Shown here: one piece after another, positions 12,901-26,200 of the stretch | Layout of the letters: every line of letters begins with the position of its first letter | How positions within the stretch are numbered: the stretch's first letter is position 1 | NCBI RefSeq assembly: GCF_009914755.1 | Contig: NC_060939.1 | Strand: one strand, 5' to 3' | Origin: the human T2T-CHM13v2.0 reference genome, Homo sapiens | DNA length: 64,000 nt | Notes under the pieces: model-generated | What the model was told of the DNA's origin: nothing | The model's input: only the letters and a program-made list of their open reading frames with translations | Database searches by the model: none | Position numbers and translations under genes: made by a program

Positions 12901-15900
12901 GATTATAGTCCATTCCATTCCACTCCATTCCTTTCCATTGCATTCCATTCCATCCGATTGTATTCCATTCGAGTCAATTCCATTCAAGTCTATTCCCTTC
13001 TACTCATTTACATTCGAGTACATTCCAATCCTATCCATTCCATTTTGTTCCATTCCATTCGAGTCCATTCCATTCTAGTCCATTCCAATACAATCCATTA
13101 CAATCGAGTCCATCCCATTATTTACGATTCCATTACATTACATTGCATTTGAATCCATTCCATTTGAGTCCATTCTTTCGAGTCCATTCCATTGCAGTCC
13201 ATTCCATTAGATTCCATCCCATTCGAGTCCATCCTACTCGATTGCATTCCATTTGAGACCATTTCGTTTAATTCCATTCCATTCGAGTCCATTCCATTCA
13301 AATCCTTTTCATTCAAGTCCATTTCATTCAAGTACATTCCATTCCAGTCCTTTATATTCGAGTATATTCCATTCCATTCGATTCCATTCCATTCCATTCC
13401 ATTATATTCTATTTGATTCTATTCCATTTGACTCCATTCCATGTGAGTCCATTTGATTCCAGTCCTTTCCATTACAGTCCTTTACATTCGAGTCCATTCC
13501 ATTCCATTCCACTCCGTTGGATTCCATTCCATTTGATTGCATTTCATTCCCTTCGAATCCATTCCATTCGATTCCATTCCATTCAATTGCATTCCTTTCA
13601 AGTCCATTCCATTGGAGTCCATTCCATTCGAGTCCATTCCATTTCAGTCCATTCCATTTGATTCGATTCCAATCCATTCCATTCTCTTCCATTCCATTCT
13701 ATGCGAAACCGTTCCCTTCCAGTCCATTTCATTCAATTCCTTTCCATTAGATTCCATTCCATTCGATTGCATTCCATTCGAGTCCATTCCTTTCGAGTAC
13801 ATTCCATTCGAATCCATTCCATTGGAGTCCATAGCATTCCATTCCATTCCATTAGAGTCCATTCCATTCCATTCCATTCTATTCTGTTCCATTGCATTCC
13901 ATTGCATTCGATTCCATTCCATTCGGGTCCATTCCATTAGAGCCCATTCCATTCCATTCCATTCGAGTACGTTCCACCCCATTCTATTCCAGTCCGGTCC
14001 ATTCCATTTGGTCCCATTCTAATTTATTCCATTAAATTCGATTCCATTCCATTCCATTCCATTCCATTCCATTCCAGTCCTTTCTATTGCATTCCATTCC
14101 ATTCCATTCCATTCCATTCCATTCTGTACGATTTCATTCCATTTCATTCCATTCCATTCAATTCATTTACATTCTACTCGATTCCATTCCATTCAATTTG
14201 ATTCCATTGCATTCCACTCCATTCCGTTCCATTGTGTTCCTTTCCATTCCTTTTAATTGCATTCAATTCAATTCCATTCCATTCCAGTCCATTCCATTCC
14301 ATTCCATTCCATTCCATTCCATTCCATTGCAATCAATTCCATTCCATTCAACTCCAATCCTTTGGGGTCCATTCCATTCCATTCCATTGCATTCAATTCC
14401 ATTTCATTCGACTCCAGTCCTTTGGAGTTCATTCCATTCCATTCCATTCCACTCCACTTCACTAAACTCCATTCCATCCACTCCACTTCCTTCCATTCCA
14501 CTCCTTTGCAATCCATTAACTCCATTCCATTCTATTCCATTCCATTCCATTGCATTACATTCCACTCCACTCCATTACACTCCATTCCGTTCAATTCCAC
14601 TCCTTCCCCTTCCATTACATTTGACTCCATTAAACTCCACTCCCCTCCTCTACATTCAATTCCATTCCACCCCATTCCATTCCAGTCTATTACACTCCAC
14701 TCCACTTCACCGCAATCCGTTCGATTCCATTTGGTGCCGTTCAACTCCTTTCAATTTGATTCCATTCCATTTGATTCCATTCCATTCGATTCCATTCCAT
14801 TTAATTTGATTCCACTCCATTTGATTCCATTCCATTCGATCCGTTTTCATTTGATTTCATTCCATTCGATTCTGTTACATTCGATTCTCTTACATTCGAT
14901 TCTGTTACATTCCATTCCATTCCATTGGATTCCATTCCGTTCCATTCCATTCCATTCCTTTCCAGTCCATTCCAATCGATTCCATTCAATTGAATTCATT
15001 TCCACTAGATTCCATTCCGTTCAAGTCCATTTCATTCGAGTCCATTCAATTCCAGTCCATTCCATTCGAGTTCATTGCATTTGATTCCATTCCTTTCCAT
15101 TATATTACATTACATTACATTCTATTATATTTGATTCCAATCCATTCGAGTCGATTCCATTCCAGTCTATTCCATTGGATTCCATTCTATTCAATTCCAT
15201 TCCATTTGATTCCATTACATTAGATTCCATTCCATTCTATTGCATTCCATTCGAGTTCATTCCATTCCAATCCATTCCATTCGAGTCCACTCAATTCCTG
15301 TCCATTACGTTTGGGTCCATTCCATTTCATTCCATTCTATTCCATTCCATTCCATTCCATTCTGTCCGATTCCATTCCATTAGATTACAATCCATTAGAT
15401 TCTTTGCCATTTATCTCCATTCCACTCAATTACATTCCATTCGATTCCATTCCATTCCATTCCACACCATTCCATTCCATTCGATTGCATTCCTTTCTGT
15501 TCCATTCCATTCGATTCTATTGCCATCAATTCCATTCCTTTCGATTCCTTTCCTTTTTAGTCCATTCTATTCGAGTCCATTCCATTTGAGTCCATTCTAT
15601 TCCAGTGCATTCCATTCGAGTCCATTCCATTCCATTTCATTCCATTAGTTTCCATTCCATTCAAGACTTCCACTCGATTCCATTCCTTTTGATTCCATTC
15701 CATTTCATTCCATTCCATTGCATTCCATTCGATTGCATTCCATTTGATTCCATTCCATTAAATTAGATTTCATTCCATTCTATTCCATTCTATTCAATTC
15801 CTTTCCTTTCGAGTCCTTTCCATTCGAGTCCATTCTAATTAATTCCATTTCCTTCCTGTCCATTTCATTCGATTCCTTTCCATTCGATTCCATTCCATTC

Positions 15901-17280
15901 GATTCCATCCCGATTGATTCCATTCCGTTCGATTACATTCCATTCGAGTCCATCCAATTGAATCCATTCCATTTCAGTCCATTCTATTCGTGTCCATTCC
16001 ATTCCATTCCATTTTATTCCATTCGAGTCCCTTCCATTCAATTCCATTCCCTTTGAATCTGTTCCATTTCAGTCCATTCCATTCGAGTCCATTCCATTCC
16101 GGTACATTTCATTCGAGTCCATTCCATTCTATTCCATTCTATTCCTTTCCATTCCATTCGATTAGATTCCATTTGGGACAGTTCTATTACACTCCATTCC
16201 ATTAGAGTCCATTCCAGTCTATTCCATTGCATTCCACTCCATTCAATTCCATTCCATTCAATTCCAATTCATTCCAATCCATTCAATTCCAGTCCATTCC
16301 ATTCCTTTCCTTTGCATTCCATTCCGTTCAAATCCATTCCACTTCATTCCATTCCATTCCATTCCATTCCATTCCATTCCATTCCATTCCAATTCATTCC
16401 AGTCCATTCCATTCCAGTCCATTCCATTCCTTTCCTTTCCATTCTATTCCGTTCAAATCCATTCCATTCCATTCCGTTCCATTCCATTCCATACCATTCC
16501 ACTCCATTCCATGCCATTCCAGTCCATTCCTTTTGAGTCCATTCCGTTCAAATCTATTCCATTCCGTTCCATTCCGTTCCATTCCATGCCATTAGATTCT
16601 ATTCCATTCCATTGTGTTACATTCAATTCCATTCCATTCCATTTGAATCCATTCCATTATATTCCATTCCATTCCCTTCCCTTCCATTCGATTCCATTCC
16701 ATTTGATTTGATTCGATTCCTTTCCATTCTAATCCATTCCATTCCATTAAATTCTATTCCATTCCATTCGATTCCATTTCATTCAATTCCATTCCTTTCG
16801 ATTCCATTCCACTCCAGGCCATTTCATTCGAGTCCGTTCCATTCCATTAAATTCTATTCCATTCTATTCCACTCCATTCCATTCCATTCTTTTCCATTCC
16901 ATTCCTTTCCTTTCAGGACCATTCCATTCCTGTCCATTCCATTCGAATCCATTCTATTCCATTTGATTCCATTCTGTTCGATTCCTTTCCATTCGATTGC
17001 ATTCCATTCCAGTCCATTCCATTCGAGTCCATTCCATTTCTATTCCTTTCTTTTCCATTCTTTTCCATTCGAGTCCATTCCATTCCACTCGATTCTATTC
17101 CATTTGATTCCATTGCATTCCAGACCGTTCCATTCCGTTCCATTCAATTCAAGTCCATTCCATTCGATTACATTTCATTAGATTCCATTTCATTCGATTC
17201 CATTCCATTCGAGTCCATTCCATTCCATTCCATTCCAGTCTATTCCATTCGAATCCATTCTGTTCTATTCCATTCCATTC
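9986..17280 (+). repeat. Alu-free classical CATTC satellite (HSat3-type) rich in CATTCGAGTC/CATTCGATTC
   Basis: (CATTC)n with frequent TCGAGTCC, TCGATTCC and TTGATTCC variants. No Alu fragments. Few CCACT except a patch at ~14445-14710. I saw none of the GATGAT motif typical of HSat2. Confidence 0.88.
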
Positions 17281-20200
17281 CATACCACTCCGTTCTACTT
17301 TACTCCACTCCACTACACTAAATTCCATTATATCCAACTCCATTCCATGCCATTCCACTCCTCTCCTCTGCACTGCACTCCACAGCCCTCCATTCCACTC
17401 CATCCCATTCCATTCTGCTCCATTCCACTGCAATCTTCTCCACCCCACTCATCTCCACTTCATTCCATTCCATTCCATTCCATTCCATTCCATTCCATTC
17501 CACTCCACTCCATTCCATTCCATTCCATTCCATTCCATTCCATTCCATTCCATTCCATTCCACTCCATTCCATTCCATTCCATCTCATTGCATTCGTCTC
17601 CATTCCAGTCAACTCTACTTCACCCCACTCCTCTCCACTTCAGTCCACTCCATTCGATTCCATTCCATTCACTGCATTCTGTTCTATTCCTTTCTTTCAA
17701 AAGTATCTCACTCTGTCACCCAGCCTGCAGCGCAGTGACACAATCTCAGCTCACATTTCATTTCATCATTCAATTGCATTCCATTCCACTCTATTCCACT
17801 CTACTCCACTCCACTCCAATCCATTCCACTCCACTCGACTCCAGTCCATTCCACTCCACTCCTTTCCATTCCATCCCATTTCATTCCAGTCCTTTCCACT
17901 CCACACCAATCCTCCCCACTCCATTCCATTCCACTCCTTTCCTTTCCATTCCTTTCTTTTGACAGGATCTCACTCTGTCACCAAGGCTTGTGTGCAGTGG
18001 CACAATCTCATCTCATATTTTAGTTCACCATTTCATTCCATTCCATTCTATTACACTGCACTCCACTCCACTCCACTGAATTCTACTCCACTCCACTCCA
18101 ATCGATTCGATTCCATTCCATTCCAATCCCTTCCATTCCACTCCTTTCTTTCGACAGGATCTCCCTCTGTCACACAGGCTGTAGCACGTGGCACAATCTC
18201 AGCACACATTCCTTTTCACCATTTCATTCCATTCCATTTCATTCCATTCCATTCCATTACAATTCATTCCATTCCACTGCATTCCATTTCACTCTACTCC
18301 AGTCCACTCCACTCCATTTCATTCCGCCGCATTCCATTCCACTCTTTTCCACTCTTTTCCACTCCATTCCACTCCATTCCATTTCATTCCACTCCATTCC
18401 ATTCCACTCCACTCCACTCCTCTCAATCCCATTCCACTCCACTCCACTCCATTTCACTCCACTCCATTCCATTTCATTCCATTCCACTCCATTCCATTCC
18501 CTTCCACTCCATTCCATTCCCTTCCCTTCCATTCCATTCCATTCCATTGCATTCCACTCCACTCCTTTCCTCTCCCTTCCATTACACTCCACTCAATTCC
18601 ATACCATTCCATTCCTTACCATTCCATTCCTTACCATTCCATTCCACTCCACTCCATTCCATTCCATTGCAGTCCACTCCACTCTGCTCCACTCCACTCC
18701 ACTTCACTGCACTCCTTTTCACTCCATTCCATTTCACTCCATTGCATTCCATTCCTTTCTTTCGACACTATATCACTGTCACTCAGGCTGGAGAGCAGTG
18801 GCACAGTCTCTGCTCACATTACATGACAACTTTCCATTTCATTGCATTCTATTCCATTGCATTCCATTGCATTCCATTCAATTCCATTCTATTCCATTCC
18901 ATTCCTTTCCACTCCACTCCACTCCACATTCCATCCCATTCCACTCCACTCCACTCCACTACATTACCTCACATCCAATTCCATTCCACTCCATTCCACT
19001 CCTCTCCACTCCCCTTCTCTCTAAACCACTCCATTCCACTCCATCCCATTCCATTCCACTGCATTCCACTGGTCTCCGCTCCACCCCACTCCACTCCACT
19101 TTATTCCATTCCATTCCATCCCATTCCATTCCTCTCCATTCCACTCCACTCCACTCCACTTCACTTCACTCCACTCTAGTCCACTCCATTCCAATCCATT
19201 CCATTCCACTACATTCCATTCCATTCCTTTCTTTCGAGAGTATTTCACTCCATCACCCAGCCTGGAGAGCAGTGGCACAATCTCAGCTGACATTTCATTT
19301 CACCATTCCATTCAATTCCGTTCCATTCAGTTCCATTCTGCTGTACTCCACTCCACTCCATTGCAATCCATTCCACTTCACTGCACTCCATTCCATTCCA
19401 CTCCACTCCTTTCCCTTCCATCCCATTCCATTGCACTCCTTTCCTCTCCAATCCACTCTACTCCACTCCATTCCATTCCATTGCACTCCATTAGATTGCA
19501 TTCCTTTCATTTGACAGGATCTCACTCTGTCACCCAGGCAGGAGTGCAGTGGCACAATCTCAGCCCATTTTTCATTTCACCATTCCATTCCTTTCCATTC
19601 CACTGCACTCCACTCCAATACACTGAATTCCACTCCACTCCACTCCAACCTATTCCATTCCGTGCAATTCCAATCCCTTCCATTCCACTCCTTTCTTTTG
19701 ACAAGATCTCCCTCTCTCACACAGGGTGTAGCGCAGTGGGACAATCTCAGCACACATTTCTTTTCACCATTCCTTTCCACTTCATTTCATTCCTTTCCAT
19801 TCCTTTTCATTCCATTCCATTCATTTCCATTGCATTCCATCCCACTCCATTCCATTCCATTCCACTCCATTCAATTCCATTCCACTCCATTCCATCCCAT
19901 TCCACTCCACTCCATTCCATTCCACTCCAATCCATTCCACTCCACTCCTCTCCACTCCACTCCTCTCTACTCCACTCCACTCCATTCCTTTCCATTCCAT
20001 TCCATTCCATTCCATTCCATTCCATACCATTCCTTTCCTTTCTTTCCAAAGGATTTCACTCTGTCACAGAGGCTAGAGTGAAGTGGCACAATCTCAGCTC
20101 ACATTTCTTTTCACCATTCAATTACATTCCACTCCATCCCATTCCAGTCGACTCCATTGCACTAAACTCCATTCCACTCCACTCAAATCCATTCCATTCC

Positions 20201-23200
20201 ATTCCATAACATTTCACTCTATTGCATTCCATAGCTTCCTTTCCACTGTATATCACTGTGTCACCCAGGCTTGAGTGCAGTGGCACTATCTCAGCTCATA
20301 TTACGTGTCAACTTTCCGTTGCATTGCATTCTATTCCATTGCATTCAATTGCATTCCATTCCTTTCCATTACATCCTTTCCATTCCATTCCTTTCCCTTC
20401 CATTCCACTCCTTTCGACTCCACTCCACTCCTCTACATTCCATTACATCCGATTCCATTCCACTACATTCCACTCCTCTCCATTCATCTGCACTCCACTC
20501 CACTCCATTCCACTCCATCCCAATCCATTCCACTCCATTCTACTGCACTTCCCTCCACCCCTCTCCACTCCACTTCATTCCATTCCATTCCATCCCATTC
20601 CATTCCCCTCCATTCCACTCCACTCCACTTCTCTCCGGTCCACTCCTCTCCAGTTCACTCCATTCCACTCCACTCCACTCCACTCCACTCCAATCACTCC
20701 ATTCCACTGCATTCCATTCCATTCTTTTCTTTCGAGAGTATCTCACTCTGTCACCCAGCCTGGAGTGTAGTGGCACAATCTCAGCACACATTTCATTTCA
20801 CCATTCCTTTCCATTCTATTCCATTCCATTCGATTCAACTCCACTCCACTCCAATGCATTCCACTCCTCTCCATTCCCGTCCATTCCATTCCACTCCTTT
20901 CCATTCCACTCCTTTCCACTCCACTCCCCTCCAATCCACTCCATTCCATTCCACTCCATTCTATTCCTTTGTTTTGACGGGGTCTCACTCTGTCACCCAG
21001 GCTGGTGTGCAGTGGCACAATCTCAGCTCATATTTCATTTCACCATTTCACTCCAGTCCATTCCATTCCACTGCACTCCACTCCACTCCACTCAATTCCA
21101 TTCCACCCCACTCCAATCCATTCCATTCCATTCCATTCCAATCCCTAACATTCCACTCCTTTCTTTTGACAGGATCTCTCTGTGTCACACAGGCTGCAGC
21201 ACAGTGGCACAATCTCAGCACACATTTCTTTTCACCATTTCATTCCATTCCATTCCATTCTATTCCTTTCCATTCCAATCCCTTCCACTGCACTCCACTC
21301 CACTCCTCTCCATTCCCCTCCACTCCACTCCATTCCACTCCATGCCACTCCATTCCACTCCACTCCACTCCATTCCATTCCACTCTACTCCACTCCACTC
21401 CATTCCACTCCATTCCACTCCATGCCACTCCATTCCACTCCACTCCACTCCATTCCATTCCACTCTACTCCACTCCACTCCTCTCCATTCCACTCCAATC
21501 CATCCCACTCCATTCCACTCCATGCCACTCCATTCCACTCCACTCCACTCCATTCCATTCCACTCTATTCCACTCCACTCCACTCAATGCCACTCCCCTC
21601 CACTACACTCCATTCCACTCCACTCCTCTCCACTCCACTCCACTCCTCTCCACTGCATTACATTCTACTCCACTCCACTCCCCTCCACTGCATTACATTC
21701 CCCTCCATTCCATTCAATTCCTTTCTTTCCACAGGATTTCACTCTGTCACAGAAGCTGGAGTGCAGTATCACAATCTCAGCTCACATTTCTTTTCACCAT
21801 TCCATAGTATTCCATTCCACTCTATTTCATTCCACTCCACTCCACTCCTTTCCGTTCCACTCCACTCCGTTCCATTCCACTCCACCCCATTCCATTGGAC
21901 TCCACTCCATTCCACCCCATTCCACTCCACTGCACTCCACTCCACCCCACTCCATTCCATTCCACTCCATTCCATTCCATTGCACTCCATTCCATTCCAT
22001 TCCATTCCATTCCACTCCTTTCCATTCCATTCTACTCCACTCCATTCCGCTCTACTCCATTCAACTCTACTCCTCTCCACTCCACTGCATTCCATTCCAT
22101 TCCACTCCATTCCATGCCATTCCATTTCACTCCACTCCTTTCCATTCCATTCCACTCCACTCCATTCCACTCCACTCCTTTCCATTCCATTCCACTCCAC
22201 CCCATTGCACTCCACTCCATTCCACTCTACTCCCCTCCACTCCACTCCATTCCATTCCATTCCACTCCATTCCATGCCATTCCATTCCACTCCATTCCAG
22301 TCCACTCCATTCCACTCTACTCCATTCCACTGCACTCCACTCCATTCCATTCCATTCTACTCCATTCCATTCCATTCCTTTATTTCTACTGGATCTCACT
22401 CTATCAACCAGACTGGAGTTCAGTGGCACAATCTTAGATCACATTTCATTTCACCATTCCATTCCATTCCATTCAATTCCATTCCATACCACTCCGTTCC
22501 ACTCCACTCCACTCCACTTAATTCCATTACATCCGATTCCTTTCCACTCCATTCCACTCCTCTCCTCTCCACTGCACTCCACTCCATTCCACTCCATCCT
22601 ATTCCAATCTGCTCCATTCCACTGCAATCCCCTCCACCCAACTCATCTCTGTTTCATTCCATTCCATTCCATCCCATTCCAGTCCACTCCACTTCACCCC
22701 ACTCCATTTCACTGCAGTCCACTCCATTCCATTCCACTGCATTAAGTTCTATTCCTTTCTTTTGAAAGAATCTCACTCTGCCACCCAGCCTGGAGCGCAG
22801 TGACACAATCTCGGGTCACATTTCATTTCACGATTCTATTCCATTCCATTCTATTCTACTCCACTCCACTCTTCTCCACTCCACTCCAATCCATTCCACT
22901 CCACTCCACTCCACTCCATTCCAGTCCACTCCACTACACTCCATTCCATCCCTCGCCATTCCACTCCTTTCCACTCCACTCCACTCCATTCCATTCCATT
23001 CCACTCCATTCCATTCCATTCCTTTCTTTTGACAGAATCTCACTCTGTCACCCAGGCTGGTGTGCAGTGGCACAGTCTCATCTTACATTTCACATCAGCA
23101 TTCCATTCCATTCCATTCTATTCCACTGCACTCCACTGCACTCCACTCCACTCAATTCGACTCCACTCCAGTCCAATTCATTCCATTCCAATCCCTTCCA

Positions 23201-26200
23201 TTCCAAGGCTTTCTTTCGACAGGATCTCCCTCTGTCACACAGGCTGTAGTGCATTGGCACAGTCTCAGCACACATTTCTTGTCACCATTTCATTCCATTC
23301 CATTCCATTCCATTCTATTACACTACATTCCATTCCACTGCAATCCATTCTACTCTACTCCAGTGCACTCCACTCCATTTCATTCCACTACATTCCATTC
23401 CACTCTTTTCCACTCCATTCCAATCTATTCCGTTCCATTCCTCTCCATTCCATTCCACTCCACTCCACTCCATTCCACTCCTCTCCACTCCATTCCTCTC
23501 CACTCCACTCCATTCCACTTCACTCCATTCCATTTCATTCCATTCCACTCCATTCCATTCCCTTCCATTACATTCCATTTGATTGCATTCCACTCCACTC
23601 CACCCTATTCCTCTCCATTCCACTCCACTCCACTCCATTCCATACCATTCTATTCCACTCCATTCCATTCCTCTACACCCTATTCCAATCCATTGCATTC
23701 CACTCCACTCCACTTTAATCCACTCCACTCCACTCCTCTCCATTCCATTCCATTCCATTCCATTTCACTCCATTGTATTCCATTCCTTTCTTTCAACAGG
23801 ATATCACTGTGTCACCCAGGCTGGAGTGCAGTGGCACAATCTCTGTTCACATTACATGTCAACTTTCCATTTCACTGCATTCTATTCCATTGCATTCCAT
23901 TGCTTTCCATTCCATTCCATTCCAGTCCATTCCATTCCACTCCACTCCATTCCATTCCATTCCATTCCACGCCACTCCACTCCACTCCACTCCACTCCAT
24001 TCCATTCCATACCATTCCTTTCCTTTGTTTCCAAAGGATCTCACTGTCACAGAGGCTGAAGTGCAGTGGCACAATCTCAGTTCACATTTCTTTTCACCAT
24101 TCCTTTGCATTCCATTCCATCCCATTCCATTCCTCTCTATTTCACTCCACTCCACTCCATTCCATTCCACTCCTTCCCATTCCATTCGACAAATTCCACT
24201 AAACTCCACTCCACTCCACTCCACTCAACTCCATTCCATTCCGTTCCATACCATTTCACTCCATTGCATTCCATAGCTTCCTTTCCACAGGATATCACCA
24301 TGTCACCCAGGGTGGAGTGCAGTGACACTATCTCAGCTCACATTACATGTCAACTTTCCATTGCTTTGCATTCAATTGCATTCCATTCCTTTCCATTCCA
24401 TTCCATTCCATTCCATTCCACTCCGTTCGACTCCACTCCTCTCCACTCCTCTACATTCCATTACATCCAATTCCATTCCACTCTATTCCACTCGTCTCCA
24501 CTCCACTGCACTCCACTCCACTCCATTCCACTCCATTCCACTCCATCCCATTCCATTCCGCTCCATTCGACTGCACTCCACTCCACCCCACTCTACTCCA
24601 CTTCATTCCATTCCATTCCATCTCATTCCATTACTCTCCATTCCACTCCACTCCACTTCACTCCACTCCACTCCTCTCCAGTCCACTCCATTCCATTCCA
24701 TTACACTGCATTCCATTCCTTTCTTTCGAGAGTATCTCACTCTGTCACCCAGCCTGGAGCGTGGTGGCACAGTCTCAGCTCACATTACATTTCACCATTC
24801 CATTCCATTCTCTTCCTTTCTATTCCACTCCACTCCACTCCAGTACGTTCCCCTCCACTCCACTCCATTCCAGTCCATTCCAGTCCTTTCCATTCCATCC
24901 CATTCCATTCCACTTCTTTCCACTCCACTCCCCTCCATTCCACTCCAATCCATTCCATTCCACTCCATTCCATTCCATTCCTTTCTTTTGACAGGATCTC
25001 ACTCTATCAACCAGGCTGGTATGCAGTGGCACAATCTCAGCTCACATTTCATTTCACTATTCCACTCCATTCCATTCCATTCCACTGCACTCCACTCCAC
25101 TCCAGTCAATTCCATTCCACTCCACTCCAATCAATTCCATTCCATTCCATTCCAATCCCTTCTATTCCACTCATTTCTTTCAACAGGGTCTCCCTGTGTC
25201 ACACATTTCTTTTCACCATTTCATTCCAATCCACTCCAGTCCACTCCACTCCATTCCAATCCATGTCAATCCATTCCACTCCACTCCATTCCATTCCACT
25301 CTACTTCACTCCAGTCCACTCCACTCCATTCCAATCCATGTCAATCCATTCCACTCCACTCCATTCCATTCCACTCTACTTCACTCCAGTCCACTCGTCT
25401 CCATTCCACTCCATTCCACTGCATTCCACTCCATGCCACTCCATTCCATTCCACGCCACTCCATTCCACTCCACTGCATTCCACTGCATGACACTCCATT
25501 CCACTCCACTCCACTCCACTCCATTCCATTCCACTCTACTCCACTCCACTCCACTCCACTCAATTCCATTTCACTCCACTCCACTCCATTCCTCTCCACT
25601 CCACTCCACTCCTCTCCATTCCACTCCACTGCATTCCATTCCACTCCATTCCATTCCATTCCTTTCTTTCCACAGGAACTCACTATGTCACAAAGGCTGG
25701 AGTGCAGTGGCACAGTCTCAGCTGACATTTCTTTTCACCATTCCATTGCATTCCATTCCATCCCATTCCATTCCACTCTATTTCACTCCACCCCACTCCA
25801 CTCTATTCCGTTCCACTCCTTCCCTTTCCATTCCGCTCCACTCCACTCCACTCCATTCCACTCCGTTGCATTCCATTCATTTCTTTCAACAGGATATCAC
25901 TGTGTTACCCTGGCTGCAGTGCAGTGGCACAATCTCAGCTCACGTTACATGTCATCTTTCCATTGCGTTGCATTCTATTCCATTGCATTCCATTCCATTC
26001 CAGTCCTTTCCATTCTATTCCATTCCATTCAATTCCATTCCATTCCACTCTGTTCCACTCCACTCCCCTGCACTGCACTACATTCCATTACACCCGATCC
26101 CATTCCACTCCATTCCAGCCCTCTCCACTCCACTGCACTCCACTCCACTCTATTCCAATCCGTCCCATTCCTTTCCGCTCCATACCACTGCACTCCACTC

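Noticed and set aside
9986-17280. HSat2 assignment
   Set aside because: It has CATTCGATTC, but I saw no recurring GATGAT-containing HSat2 unit. The exact subfamily needs k-mer classification.
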